Of a stretch of 64,000 nucleotides of DNA, positions 8,085 to 17,919 are shown piece by piece (the first letter of the stretch is position 1; each line of letters opens with the position of its first letter). A program made the translations under genes and the position numbers. The notes under the pieces are model-generated. The model had not been told where the DNA came from and ran no database searches. It was given only the letters and a program-made list of their open reading frames with translations. Location of the stretch: positions 32,001 through 96,000 of the IMG/VR virus record IMGVR_UViG_3300020414_000008. One strand, written 5' to 3'. This DNA comes from a virus. Its lineage: Duplodnaviria; Caudoviricetes.

Positions 8085-10421
8085 ATGGCAGAGTCTAACG
8101 AACAAAAAAAACAGGCGTATATTGAACAAATAAACCTTGCTGAAAGGTTAAAAGGTATTGTTCAAGAAACGAATATTGAAAGCGACAATGCTTTGAATAT
8201 CGCCGTTGATTTGGAAGAAAAACTGAAAGACCGAATCAAATCTGCAGAAGGTGTTAAAGCGTTAGACGAAGCAATCAGTGAATTATTACTTGAACAGGCA
8301 AGAACTAAGTCTGATATAAATCAAGAAATGATTGATGAACTTACAACTACAAGAGACATTTTAAAACTTGAAGAAGAACGAAAAGACTTAATGGATGGTC
8401 TCAACGACAAATTAAAAGACGCCGCAGGACTAAATAATGACTTTGTTAAAGGATTTATGCAAGGTGGTGGTATTGGAGTTGGTATTGTCGTAGCAACAAA
8501 AGCATTAGAACAATTCCAAAAACTAATGGATAGTACAGTAGGTCTTGCTAAAGACTTATATATTGAAACAGGTGCATCTGCAGCAGAATCAGGAAGAATG
8601 GCAGGTGAAGTATTTAAAGCAGGATTTAGTATAGAAGGTCTGTTATACGGATTTGATGGACTTGCCTCAGCAGCAAAAGAATCATCTGAGTATTTTGGAA
8701 CAACTCGTGGAATCACATCCGAAATGAATAAAAATGTTGCAGAATTAACAGCACTAACAGGTGACGCAGCATCTTCAGTAAAATTAAACGCAATATTCAA
8801 TGAAGCATCAGGTTCAGCAGCAGACATGACTGATGAAATAAGAGCGATAGCAACAAAAGAAGGTGTTAACGCTAATGCCTTATTTAAACAAATGGCAGGT
8901 TCGGCAGGAATATTAGTTGGAGCATCAGCAGAACAACTAAAGAATCTTGCGAAAGCAACTGCGGAATTACAAAAACAAGGTGTTTCAATGCAAATGATGG
9001 AAGAGATTTCAGGAAACGTATTAAACATAGAAAGTTCTTTACAAGCAGAAATGAAAGCAAGAGCATTGGGTCTTGATGATATGGCAGGTTCTGCAAATGA
9101 ATTAAGAGCAGCAGCAATGGAGTTCCAATTCGGAGATGAAGCAACAGGTATGCAAATGATGGGAGACGCACTCGCATCAGCAAATCTTAATATGGAATCG
9201 TTTGGTGAGATGACTCGAGCAGAAAAAGAAGCATCCGCAGCATTGATGGGTACCACGGTTGATGGTTTATCTGATATGATAATAAAACAGGACCAATTCC
9301 AAAAATTAAGAGAAAAGAATCCTGATTTAAGTATGGAAGAACTAAAAGCCATACAAGAACAACAAGAGGAGATGGAAGCATTTAAACAAAGTGGTATAAG
9401 TGCAATGAGTTCCATCGGAGCAGCGATTGGACCACTTATTGGTCAATTTTTGGTAATGAAAAAGGTTCAGACAGGAAGTATGTTTGGTGGTGGAAAAGGT
9501 CCTAATGTAGGTAAAATGGAAGCACCTGAAACACCTAAAAATATGGACGCTAAAAAATCAAAAGGTATTAAGGGATTCTTAAAAGGACTCAGAGATGGAT
9601 TACAGTCATTTGCAAAAGGTGCAGGTAAAACACTATTAGGTGCCGCCGTTTTAGCAGGGGTTGTAGCAATATTAGGTGTTGGATTTAAAGTAGCGATGGA
9701 AATATTGGGTGATGTTGACCCTGTGGGAATGTTAGCATTTTCAGTATCAATAGGGATATTAGGAGCAGCACTCGCTCTGATGGGAGCAATAGGTGGAAAC
9801 GTAATTATGGGTGCAGCAGCACTTGCGATTGTAGCAGTCGCGTTGATACCAGCAGCATTCGCATTTAGTTTATTAGAAAATGTAGACATAGGTAAAATGA
9901 TTGCCTTCTCTATAATGTTACCTCTACTTGCATTAGCAGCAGCCGGACTTGGATTTATTGCTCCATTTGTCATGGCAGGGGCAGCAGCATTAATGGTATT
10001 AGGATTAGCAATAATACCAGCAGCAATAGCGTTTGGGATGTTAAGTGACTCAAACATGGAAGGTATAGTTGATAAACTTGCGACATTAGGTCAAGTAGCA
10101 GGTCCATTACTAATGGTTGGTGCAGGATTAGTTTCAATCGCAGCAGGATTGGCATTGATGGGATATATGGGAATGGGAGCATTACCTATATTAGGAATGA
10201 TGTTAGCATTGTCGGCAGCAGCACCCGCTCTACTCGCGATGGGGTCAATGTTTGGACTCGGTGGTGGTGGAGATGATAGTGGTGCAGAAGAAAGTGACCC
10301 AATCAACTACGATAAATTGGCAACAGCATTAGCAAGTCAACCAATGCAAATAGTTATTGATGGTAAGGTTGTTAGTGAATTTTCAAGAATTCAAAACGTA
10401 AGACAAAGTAAAAAATATTAA
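8085..10421 (+). CDS. Tail tape measure protein
   Basis: Follows the chaperone; helical Ala/Gly-rich with a long hydrophobic repetitive C-terminal half; ends IVIDGKVV. Confidence 0.85.
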   Translation: MAESNEQKKQAYIEQINLAERLKGIVQETNIESDNALNIAVDLEEKLKDRIKSAEGVKALDEAISELLLEQARTKSDINQEMIDELTTTRDILKLEEERKDLMDGLNDKLKDAAGLNNDFVKGFMQGGGIGVGIVVATKALEQFQKLMDSTVGLAKDLYIETGASAAESGRMAGEVFKAGFSIEGLLYGFDGLASAAKESSEYFGTTRGITSEMNKNVAELTALTGDAASSVKLNAIFNEASGSAADMTDEIRAIATKEGVNANALFKQMAGSAGILVGASAEQLKNLAKATAELQKQGVSMQMMEEISGNVLNIESSLQAEMKARALGLDDMAGSANELRAAAMEFQFGDEATGMQMMGDALASANLNMESFGEMTRAEKEASAALMGTTVDGLSDMIIKQDQFQKLREKNPDLSMEELKAIQEQQEEMEAFKQSGISAMSSIGAAIGPLIGQFLVMKKVQTGSMFGGGKGPNVGKMEAPETPKNMDAKKSKGIKGFLKGLRDGLQSFAKGAGKTLLGAAVLAGVVAILGVGFKVAMEILGDVDPVGMLAFSVSIGILGAALALMGAIGGNVIMGAAALAIVAVALIPAAFAFSLLENVDIGKMIAFSIMLPLLALAAAGLGFIAPFVMAGAAALMVLGLAIIPAAIAFGMLSDSNMEGIVDKLATLGQVAGPLLMVGAGLVSIAAGLALMGYMGMGALPILGMMLALSAAAPALLAMGSMFGLGGGGDDSGAEESDPINYDKLATALASQPMQIVIDGKVVSEFSRIQNVRQSKKY

Positions 10422-10431
10422 GGGATAGAGA

Positions 10432-13104
10432 ATGGCACTAAAAGATTTAAAATCTAATTTATCTGACTTTAGAAAACCTAAATCAGAACCATTGACTAAA
10501 AAGGAAAGACCAAAACCAACGTCTTTCAGTACTACCCCTTTGTCTGATAAGATACAAGATAAAAAAGTACAATCACCAAAACAAACTCCTGAAAAAGTTG
10601 GTACAACACCATCAGAAGTAAAACAAGGTGATAAATTCAAAGGTGAAACTTCACCAACAGTAGTAAACCAAACTGAAAAGTTTAAAGGTGAGACAGATAC
10701 TAAACCGATGAGTTTAGAAGAAAGATTCTTAGGTCAAACAGACCCAACATTAGTAAACCAAACTGAAAAGTTCAAAGGTGAAACTACACCTACTGAAGCA
10801 AACCAAACTGAAAAGTTCAAAGGTGAAACAACTCCTACTGAAGCAAATCAGTCTGAGAAATTTAAAGGTGAAACAACTCCTACTGAAGTAAATCAGTCTG
10901 AAAAGTTTAAAGGTGAAACAACACCATCAGATTTTAAATTTACACAACAGTTCTTAGGTGAAACAACACCGTCTGATTTTAAATTCGTACAACAGTTCTT
11001 AGGTGAAACAACTCCTAATCTATCGGACAGGTCTTCTAAGTTCTTAGGTGAGACTGAACCTGTAGAATCAGACAGGTCTTCTAAGTTCTTAGGTGAGACA
11101 ACACCAAATCCATCAGATAGGTCTTCTAAGTTCTTAGGTGAAACAACTCCTGTAGAATCAGATAGGTCTTCTAAGTTCTTAGGTGAAACAACACCAAAAA
11201 ACTTTACATTTAGTGGACAGTTAGAAAATCAAGGACTTGAAGTAGGTCAAAAAGTCAATTTCTTTACAGATGATAAAGCACTTGGATTCTCACCATTTAT
11301 GACAGGTGTTGATGATACTAAGTTTGTTGGTATTGACCCACAAAATACTAAATTTGATGGTGCAAGTTCTTTGATTGGTAATATCAATGATACACAATAT
11401 CCTGTAAGGTTAGACAACGACTCAGGATTGGGTAAATTCTATACAGATAAAATATTAAAAGAAACATACAATAAATTTAATCTTAAAGAAGACGCATTTA
11501 ATAGGTCAACAATCAAACAACCATTTGATTTAAGAGGTATTCAACGTAAAAAAGGTGAACCTCAAGTAAGTGGTATAGGTTCTACATCTCTTATTAGAGG
11601 TGGTGCAGAAACATCAGTAGAAAGAGGGTTAACTGACGCAGCCAGATTGAGTCAATTTTTATTAACACCTCGTGGTATCATTTGGGCAGTAAAACAAGTC
11701 GGATTACAGAAGAGTCAAAAATTTGCGACTGAGTGGAAACCTGATAATCTATTAGCAACAGTAGCGGGTTCAGGGACGGGATTACATCCTGAACGAGGTG
11801 GTAATTCACTTATTAATAAACTCTCACATTATGTAACAACAGGTGAAGAACTTACAGATAGTAAATTCGTTAGTTTCAAAGACAAAGATGGATTAAGAGC
11901 ACTATACGACACGGTAGAAAAAAAATGGGATGGTGCAAATCCTGAACTAAAATTACAGGAATATAATGGTGGATTTGGTTCAGTATATGGTCTTGGATTA
12001 ACTTCTATTACTCGAGTGATGAATACTCGTGTAAAAGGAACAGTTTGGGGAGAGTTTACACAAAAAGGAACTACAAAAACATATACACTTCAAAAGTTTA
12101 ATCCATTTAAGAACAAAAATAGTGATATAGCGTTTGAAGAAACATATGGTAAGTCAGTTCCACCAGCAAAATCAACAGATGAAAGAAATAAATTTGGGTT
12201 AGCACCTCAAGCTCTTAAAGAAGAAAATACAAAAAAATTAGATGAAAATCTAACACTTAGCTCTGAAGGGTTCAAAACAGGAACTCAACCTGATATAGCA
12301 GACTATTCAAGAATATCGATGGGAATAATGTCGAAGATATCTAAAGATAGACATAAGAGTCCAACTAAACTAACAGACTTTAGACAAGAACAAGATGTTA
12401 AACCTGACAAAACATGGGGTGATAACAATGATGAGAAGATAGAAACTAAATTTGGATTCCCTGATTCAGGTCAACTAAGACAAAAAGATAATAAAACTCG
12501 TTCTCAAAAAAATCAGTGGGGTGATGGTGTAGAAGCATGGCAGGCAGCGGACCCAATACAAAGTTTAGATATTGGTAGTGTTGATACTGATTTAGTAAAT
12601 ATGATATTCCAACAAGGAACAGAGGGTAGTAGAATACAATTTAGAGGAACAATATCAGGTTTAGCAGAAAACTTCTCACCAACTTATACTGAAATAAAAT
12701 ATAGTGGTAGAGCAGAACCTGTATATGTTTATGATACATTTAAAAGAGATATCAGTTTTAACTTTAAAGTTTACCCAACTTCAAGAGCGGAAATGAAACC
12801 GATTTGGAAAAAATTAGAAAGACTATCTACTTATACAATGCCTGATTATCTTGATAATGGTTACACTGCGCCGGGTGAAGATGGTAATAGGGAGTTATTA
12901 CTAACAATTGGTTACTTGTATCAACAAACACCAATGATATTAACTGCATTATCTTACACATACTCCGATGACACTCCTTGGGATATAGATTATGGATTAC
13001 CTATGGGAATCGATATTCAGGTTAGTTGTACAATCCTTGGAAACGAATTACACAAATACGATAGTGAAAAAGTATTTTCATTTAGTACAGATATTAGAAG
13101 TTAA
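10432..13104 (+). CDS. Baseplate/tail-tube initiator-like protein with an N-terminal repeat region
   Basis: C-terminal tube-like domain (FRGTISGLAENFSP...GRAEPVYVY...RDISFNF); lies between the tape measure and LysM genes. Confidence 0.6.
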   Translation: MALKDLKSNLSDFRKPKSEPLTKKERPKPTSFSTTPLSDKIQDKKVQSPKQTPEKVGTTPSEVKQGDKFKGETSPTVVNQTEKFKGETDTKPMSLEERFLGQTDPTLVNQTEKFKGETTPTEANQTEKFKGETTPTEANQSEKFKGETTPTEVNQSEKFKGETTPSDFKFTQQFLGETTPSDFKFVQQFLGETTPNLSDRSSKFLGETEPVESDRSSKFLGETTPNPSDRSSKFLGETTPVESDRSSKFLGETTPKNFTFSGQLENQGLEVGQKVNFFTDDKALGFSPFMTGVDDTKFVGIDPQNTKFDGASSLIGNINDTQYPVRLDNDSGLGKFYTDKILKETYNKFNLKEDAFNRSTIKQPFDLRGIQRKKGEPQVSGIGSTSLIRGGAETSVERGLTDAARLSQFLLTPRGIIWAVKQVGLQKSQKFATEWKPDNLLATVAGSGTGLHPERGGNSLINKLSHYVTTGEELTDSKFVSFKDKDGLRALYDTVEKKWDGANPELKLQEYNGGFGSVYGLGLTSITRVMNTRVKGTVWGEFTQKGTTKTYTLQKFNPFKNKNSDIAFEETYGKSVPPAKSTDERNKFGLAPQALKEENTKKLDENLTLSSEGFKTGTQPDIADYSRISMGIMSKISKDRHKSPTKLTDFRQEQDVKPDKTWGDNNDEKIETKFGFPDSGQLRQKDNKTRSQKNQWGDGVEAWQAADPIQSLDIGSVDTDLVNMIFQQGTEGSRIQFRGTISGLAENFSPTYTEIKYSGRAEPVYVYDTFKRDISFNFKVYPTSRAEMKPIWKKLERLSTYTMPDYLDNGYTAPGEDGNRELLLTIGYLYQQTPMILTALSYTYSDDTPWDIDYGLPMGIDIQVSCTILGNELHKYDSEKVFSFSTDIRS
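10636..11200 (+). repeat. 13 in-frame 45-nt tandem repeats (F[K/L]GETTP...)
   Basis: tt(c/t)(aaa/tta)ggt recurs every 45 nt from 10636 to 11176. Confidence 0.9.
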
Positions 13105-13106
13105 CT

Positions 13107-13412
13107 ATGAAAAGATATAGTAAAATAGATATTATTAAAAAAGAAGGTCAAAGACGTTTTACTGAAACGGTAAGATACCCATTAATACCACCAAGTATTG
13201 GTGATACATATATTGTTGCTATGCAAGGTGATAGACTTGACAACCTTGCGTATGAATATTACAAAGACCCATCACTTTGGTGGATACTTGCAAGGGCTAA
13301 CAAAATTGGTTTAGGAACTTTAAATATAGAATCAGGAAAACAAATCAGAATTCCTGAAAATCCACAAACAATCATAGATGAATACAATCGTATAAATAAA
13401 AAACAGGAGTAA
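13107..13412 (+). CDS. LysM/gpX-like baseplate protein
   Basis: GDRLDNLAYEYYKDPSLWWILARAN...G.QIRIP. Confidence 0.85.
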   Translation: MKRYSKIDIIKKEGQRRFTETVRYPLIPPSIGDTYIVAMQGDRLDNLAYEYYKDPSLWWILARANKIGLGTLNIESGKQIRIPENPQTIIDEYNRINKKQE

Positions 13413-13415
13413 GTT

Positions 13416-15218
13416 ATGGGATTAACGCTAGGAAACAGAGCACTACCATTACCTTCTGATTTTATGGAAACCCCTACCTCAAGAATAGGTAAAGGTGTTG
13501 GAGTTCACAAAAGAGCATACGCAAAACTAAGATATATTGGTCGAAGTAATAAAGAAGGATATGTTATAGGATGTCCAAATGACGCGGTAAAAACCATTGA
13601 AAGTAATGTTCAACAAACTCATTCTAATTTATTAAGTTCAGAAGGTGGTAGATTAACACCAAGACCTGTTTTAGAATCTGTATCTATGGCAAACGATGGT
13701 GGACAAGACCTTTCAGACGCAATGTTATTTGAACTAAGTGTAAGTTGTAAAGTATATAATAAAAATGATTTTGACGCGATAGACCAAACTTTCTTTACGC
13801 CAGGACATAGATGTGCAGTTGATATAGGATGGGTCGGTGGTGAAGCAGTTACTGTTAAAGGCGATATTTGTGGTTTTGACTTTTCAATCAATCAAGATTT
13901 ATCTTATGACGTTACCATAAAAATAGGTGGTATGACAGATGGTGTTAAAGGAGCAGACTTGATTTTTGGTAAAGGTATTTCTTTTGGTAGTCTTACCTAC
14001 ACAGACCCCGAAGATGATTCAAAAGAAATTACTCCAACAGATATAATAAGTGCATTAACAGCAGCATCTACTTTAAATAAGTCTCAAGCATTAGCAGGTA
14101 CAGCAAGACAGTATAAAAACAATATATTAAATTCTCAATTTGTTACAGTAAAACATATACAAGATGAAGGTGGTTGGTCAAACTTTTGGGGAACCAACAG
14201 AGAATCTATGGATTATATAAATCTTAAAAGTTTAGTTTCACTAATAAATAGAAATGTAAAAGACGGTAAAGTTTTTGGTGATAATCCATTTGAGTTCGAC
14301 ATACAATACGGTAAGAATAATAAAATGGACAAAAATATATTTTCGGCAGACCCGTATACGATGTTACTATCTCATAGTACAAGTGCACTTGAATATGGTC
14401 CAAAAGCAAAGTTAACAGGTGCACCACAGGGGTCAACACCTGAAAGTAACATATATTTGTCAATAGCGTATTTACAAACTCAATACGACCAACTGAAAAA
14501 CCCACCAACAATGGGTGAAGACGGTGGAGAAAATAAAGAAAAAGCAGTATCTACTGTGAAATACTTACAAACTATATTTAATAAAATAAAAGATTGTTCG
14601 GGTGGTTACATTCGTTTGTATTTTTATTCAGACCCCGACCAAGAGGGACAGTTAATTATTTGTAATAGAGGAAATAATGTAAGTAATAACTTCACTAAAA
14701 TATCTATGACGAATGGATTTGAAAAGGGTATTAGAGATGTTAACTTAACGTCTAATTTAGATTCAGATATGATTGGACTTGCTACCAACGCAGCAATGTC
14801 AGGAAAATATAGTAGTCAATTAGGAAAACTATATCCCGACTGTTACAGAAAACCCGATGATAGTCAAAAAAACGATACAGGTCCCTCTGCAGAGGAAAGA
14901 TTAGACGAAGCAAAAACGGGTCTTGGTGATAGAATTAGTGAAGACGATGTTACAACAGCAAAATCTGCATTAAAAACATATGTCATGGGATTAAATGAAA
15001 TTCCAACTTTAACATACAGTTTAGAAGCAACTGTAAAATTTGACGGATATGCAAGTCCTGATGGTGGTCCTAAGTATGGTGACGCATTTCAAATAGATAG
15101 ATTACCCGCAAGAATGAATACTTCTAATATATTCTTCGTAGTAACAAAGATAGCAAACGATTACAGTGCAGGTGATTGGACAACAACTGTAACAGGTTTA
15201 ATGATGGTAGGTAAATAA
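13416..15218 (+). CDS. Baseplate hub protein (gp27-like)
   Basis: Position; IGW motif; C-terminal FFVVTKIANDYSAGDWTTTVTG typical of hub proteins. Confidence 0.6.
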   Translation: MGLTLGNRALPLPSDFMETPTSRIGKGVGVHKRAYAKLRYIGRSNKEGYVIGCPNDAVKTIESNVQQTHSNLLSSEGGRLTPRPVLESVSMANDGGQDLSDAMLFELSVSCKVYNKNDFDAIDQTFFTPGHRCAVDIGWVGGEAVTVKGDICGFDFSINQDLSYDVTIKIGGMTDGVKGADLIFGKGISFGSLTYTDPEDDSKEITPTDIISALTAASTLNKSQALAGTARQYKNNILNSQFVTVKHIQDEGGWSNFWGTNRESMDYINLKSLVSLINRNVKDGKVFGDNPFEFDIQYGKNNKMDKNIFSADPYTMLLSHSTSALEYGPKAKLTGAPQGSTPESNIYLSIAYLQTQYDQLKNPPTMGEDGGENKEKAVSTVKYLQTIFNKIKDCSGGYIRLYFYSDPDQEGQLIICNRGNNVSNNFTKISMTNGFEKGIRDVNLTSNLDSDMIGLATNAAMSGKYSSQLGKLYPDCYRKPDDSQKNDTGPSAEERLDEAKTGLGDRISEDDVTTAKSALKTYVMGLNEIPTLTYSLEATVKFDGYASPDGGPKYGDAFQIDRLPARMNTSNIFFVVTKIANDYSAGDWTTTVTGLMMVGK

Positions 15219-15790
15219 TGGGAAGACAACGAATATATTATCCAAGAGGAGCACAGAGACAAGGTCTTTACACATCAGGTGGACAGTGGATGTCTGAAGA
15301 TGGTGCAGAGTGGGTTGGTCAATATCATATTTACACGAACACAGGTGAAGTATTCACAGAACCCGAATATGTAAAAGGTAAATCTGTAAAATTAATACCT
15401 TACGCAAATTTGGGTGAAGAAAATCAAAGAAGAACTTTTCAATATAACAAAATCAAAAAAATAGATGATTACGAACCTACTGTAACACTACCTGACCCAT
15501 ACTTTCCACAACCAACGGGGGAAGATTACGATACGGGATACGTTGTTAGATACTTTCTTCAAAAAAAGGGAAGTAGAGTTATATTCGAGGTTAGTAAAGA
15601 TGGATTTAGTTTTGAAGACCCTAATTACCATAAATGTGAATTAAAGTGGAAGATATCAGGTCCACTAAACGACTTAAACGGTATAAGTGGTATCATAGAC
15701 ACAAATCAGAGAACTGTACTCTTAAAAAGAAAAGAAATGCCTTTCATAGATTCTTATTTAACCGACCTTACTCAGTTGGCAAAAAATTAA
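15218..15790 (+). CDS. Hypothetical protein, probably baseplate-associated
   Basis: Translationally coupled to the hub gene (TAATG). Confidence 0.65.
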   Translation: MGRQRIYYPRGAQRQGLYTSGGQWMSEDGAEWVGQYHIYTNTGEVFTEPEYVKGKSVKLIPYANLGEENQRRTFQYNKIKKIDDYEPTVTLPDPYFPQPTGEDYDTGYVVRYFLQKKGSRVIFEVSKDGFSFEDPNYHKCELKWKISGPLNDLNGISGIIDTNQRTVLLKRKEMPFIDSYLTDLTQLAKN

Positions 15791-15852
15791 CAAAATTTAA
15801 CATAAATTTAACATTAGAAATTTGGATATCTCGGCAAATTGTCGTACTTTAG
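15787..15852 (+). promoter_or_regulatory. Host-type (Bacteroidota-like) promoter with three upstream TTAACA boxes
   Basis: TTTG(15821)-N20-TACTTTAG(15845); TTAACA at 15787, 15797 and 15808. Confidence 0.7.
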
Positions 15853-15871
15853 TAGTGTAAGATTAAGAGAT

Positions 15872-16090
15872 ATGATAAAATCAAAAGAAAACAAAAAAGT
15901 AGGAATCGAAATCGATTTAACAGGACCCGATGGTAATGCTTATGCAATCTTAGGTTTAGCTAAAAGATTATGTAGAGAATTTGATATTCCATTCAACCCA
16001 CTAATGAAAAAAATGACAAGTGGTGATTATGAGAATCTAATCAAAGTATTCGATGATAAGTTCGGTTCTTTTGTAACAATGTACAGATAA
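15872..16090 (+). CDS. Conserved phage hypothetical protein (LTGPDGNAY family)
   Basis: IDLTGPDGNAYAILG...MTSGDYENL; ATG just after the promoter. Confidence 0.75.
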   Translation: MIKSKENKKVGIEIDLTGPDGNAYAILGLAKRLCREFDIPFNPLMKKMTSGDYENLIKVFDDKFGSFVTMYR

Positions 16091-16100
16091 AATAAAAATT

Positions 16101-16421
16101 ATGATTAAATACGGAATAAAAATTACAAAACCTTGGTCAAAAGAAATGTATGACCATAATGACTTAGTTTCAGATACGATGAAACATAACATTGTTGAGT
16201 CAATTGTTAAATACCAAAACGATTTTGATAAACTTAATGACCTGATGGTTCTTTGTGGTGGTATCAAGTACGGTGATGGTTATAGTATCGATGAACTTTA
16301 CGCAGATGTTCACGATGAAGTTTACAATGTTCAAAACTATTGGTTACATCAAGAGTATCCTTACTATGTTGAAAAAGGGTTAGTTGAAAAAGTTGATTTA
16401 GAATTTATAGGATATGAATAA
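16101..16421 (+). CDS. Hypothetical protein
   Basis: ORF in the early operon. Confidence 0.7.
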   Translation: MIKYGIKITKPWSKEMYDHNDLVSDTMKHNIVESIVKYQNDFDKLNDLMVLCGGIKYGDGYSIDELYADVHDEVYNVQNYWLHQEYPYYVEKGLVEKVDLEFIGYE

Positions 16422-16641
16422 AATAGGATTTGAAAAATTAGAAAAAATTAAAGACGAACTCGGAGATTTTGAAATCGGACAAGTGTGGGGTGGTGGAAAT
16501 CCACTCTACTTACGATTTGGATATTGGTTTCAAAAAGACGTGAATAAAATCCAAGAAATTATAGGTAATAGTGCAAAAGTGATTGAGAGTGAAATCTACG
16601 ATGATGATTGTGGATGGAAGTACTCTTATCATTTAACATAA
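16414..16641 (+). CDS. Hypothetical protein
   Basis: Overlapping ORF in the early operon. Confidence 0.65.
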   Translation: MNKIGFEKLEKIKDELGDFEIGQVWGGGNPLYLRFGYWFQKDVNKIQEIIGNSAKVIESEIYDDDCGWKYSYHLT

Positions 16642-16677
16642 TAAATTTGGATAATTCATAAAAGTTTCGTATATTAG
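16633..16677 (+). promoter_or_regulatory. Host-type promoter with a TTAACA box
   Basis: TTAACA(16633)-N7-TTTG(16646)-N20-TATATTAG(16670). Confidence 0.7.
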
Positions 16678-16683
16678 TTACGC

Positions 16684-17907
16684 ATGAAGATTGTAGATAG
16701 TCCAAAACAGTTAAGGAAACATATATCCCAACTTAACAGGGAGAAAATACTCGTATACCCTATTTTAACGAGTTTAGAGAAACATTCTACCCTGTCAAGG
16801 ATATCTTCTATCATTTTATCAGATGGTGTCTTAGACCTCTTCATAAACTACAATAATATAGACTCAGACAATGTAAAGGAAAAAGTTGATTTTAGTCAAT
16901 TTAAAGAAGTATGGGTTGTTGGTCTAAAAGAATTCTTATATCATTATGATTTTTTACCAAATATGTACGATGTTGAAATGTCACTGTTTTGGCAAGACAA
17001 AGATTTCGAAGTAGAAGAGAAACGTATATATACTGTATTCAGACGAAGGAACGCACCGAGAGCAAATGACTTGATTCCTATATGGAAACATTATGAACAG
17101 TTCAAAGAGTGGAAGAAATTTTACGGTGATGTAAAAATTTCTAAATTCTCACAACTTTATCCAAAAGGATTACAATGGATAGAAAAGAATGGATTGTCAA
17201 CTGAATCAGGTTTAGAATATACTCAATACAATTCACTTACAACAACATCAAGACCTTCAAATACATTTGGTGGGATTAATTACGCAGCGTTGAAAAAAGA
17301 TGGTGGAGTAAGAGACCGATTTGTATCACGATTTGATGGGGGTAAACTATACCAACTTGACTTTGATGGATATCATATTAGGTTGATTGGAAAATTGATT
17401 GGAGTTGACATACCATTAGATGTGAAAGCACACAAATGGTTAGCAGACCAATATGGGGCAGATATCAAAGACGCAAAAGCAATCACATTTAGACAGTTGT
17501 ATGGTGGGGTTGAAGATGAGTATTATCATATTCCGTTCTTTCAAAAGACATCTGAGTATATAAACTCACTATGGATGGACTTTTTAAGGAATCGACTCAC
17601 AAATACACCAATTATGAGTCGATTAATTAAAATAAACGACTCACTAAATAAAAATAAACTATTTAATTATATCCTACAGTCGGTTGAGACAGAAAGAAAC
17701 ATACTTATATTAGATAAACTGAGTAGACTTGATATGGGTCAAAAAACAATACCTATATTATACACATACGATTCTATTCTATTCGATGGTCATGAGGATG
17801 ATATTGAATATATCAAAGAAGTTAAACGAATAATGGAGAAAGACGGGTTTCCAACTGAGGTTGAATCAGGAAATAATTACGGAAACATGGTTACTACAAA
17901 TATTTAG
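16684..17907 (+). CDS. Compact divergent family A DNA polymerase
   Basis: TTTSRPS; motif A DFDGYHIR; motif B KAITFRQLYG; NYILQS; motif C YTYDSILFD. Confidence 0.75.
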   Translation: MKIVDSPKQLRKHISQLNREKILVYPILTSLEKHSTLSRISSIILSDGVLDLFINYNNIDSDNVKEKVDFSQFKEVWVVGLKEFLYHYDFLPNMYDVEMSLFWQDKDFEVEEKRIYTVFRRRNAPRANDLIPIWKHYEQFKEWKKFYGDVKISKFSQLYPKGLQWIEKNGLSTESGLEYTQYNSLTTTSRPSNTFGGINYAALKKDGGVRDRFVSRFDGGKLYQLDFDGYHIRLIGKLIGVDIPLDVKAHKWLADQYGADIKDAKAITFRQLYGGVEDEYYHIPFFQKTSEYINSLWMDFLRNRLTNTPIMSRLIKINDSLNKNKLFNYILQSVETERNILILDKLSRLDMGQKTIPILYTYDSILFDGHEDDIEYIKEVKRIMEKDGFPTEVESGNNYGNMVTTNI

Positions 17908-17919
17908 ATATTTATTGTT

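Noticed and set aside
10636-11200. 45-nt repeats as a CRISPR array
   Set aside because: The repeats are in frame, vary at synonymous sites and have no unique spacers; no cas operon is present.
13391-13398. T4-type late promoter TATAAATA before the hub gene
   Set aside because: It is an isolated copy inside a coding sequence; the recurrent intergenic motif is TATTTATA.
316-15790. Bacterial eCIS, T6SS or tailocin locus
   Set aside because: Neck genes plus a full T4-like replisome indicate a phage.
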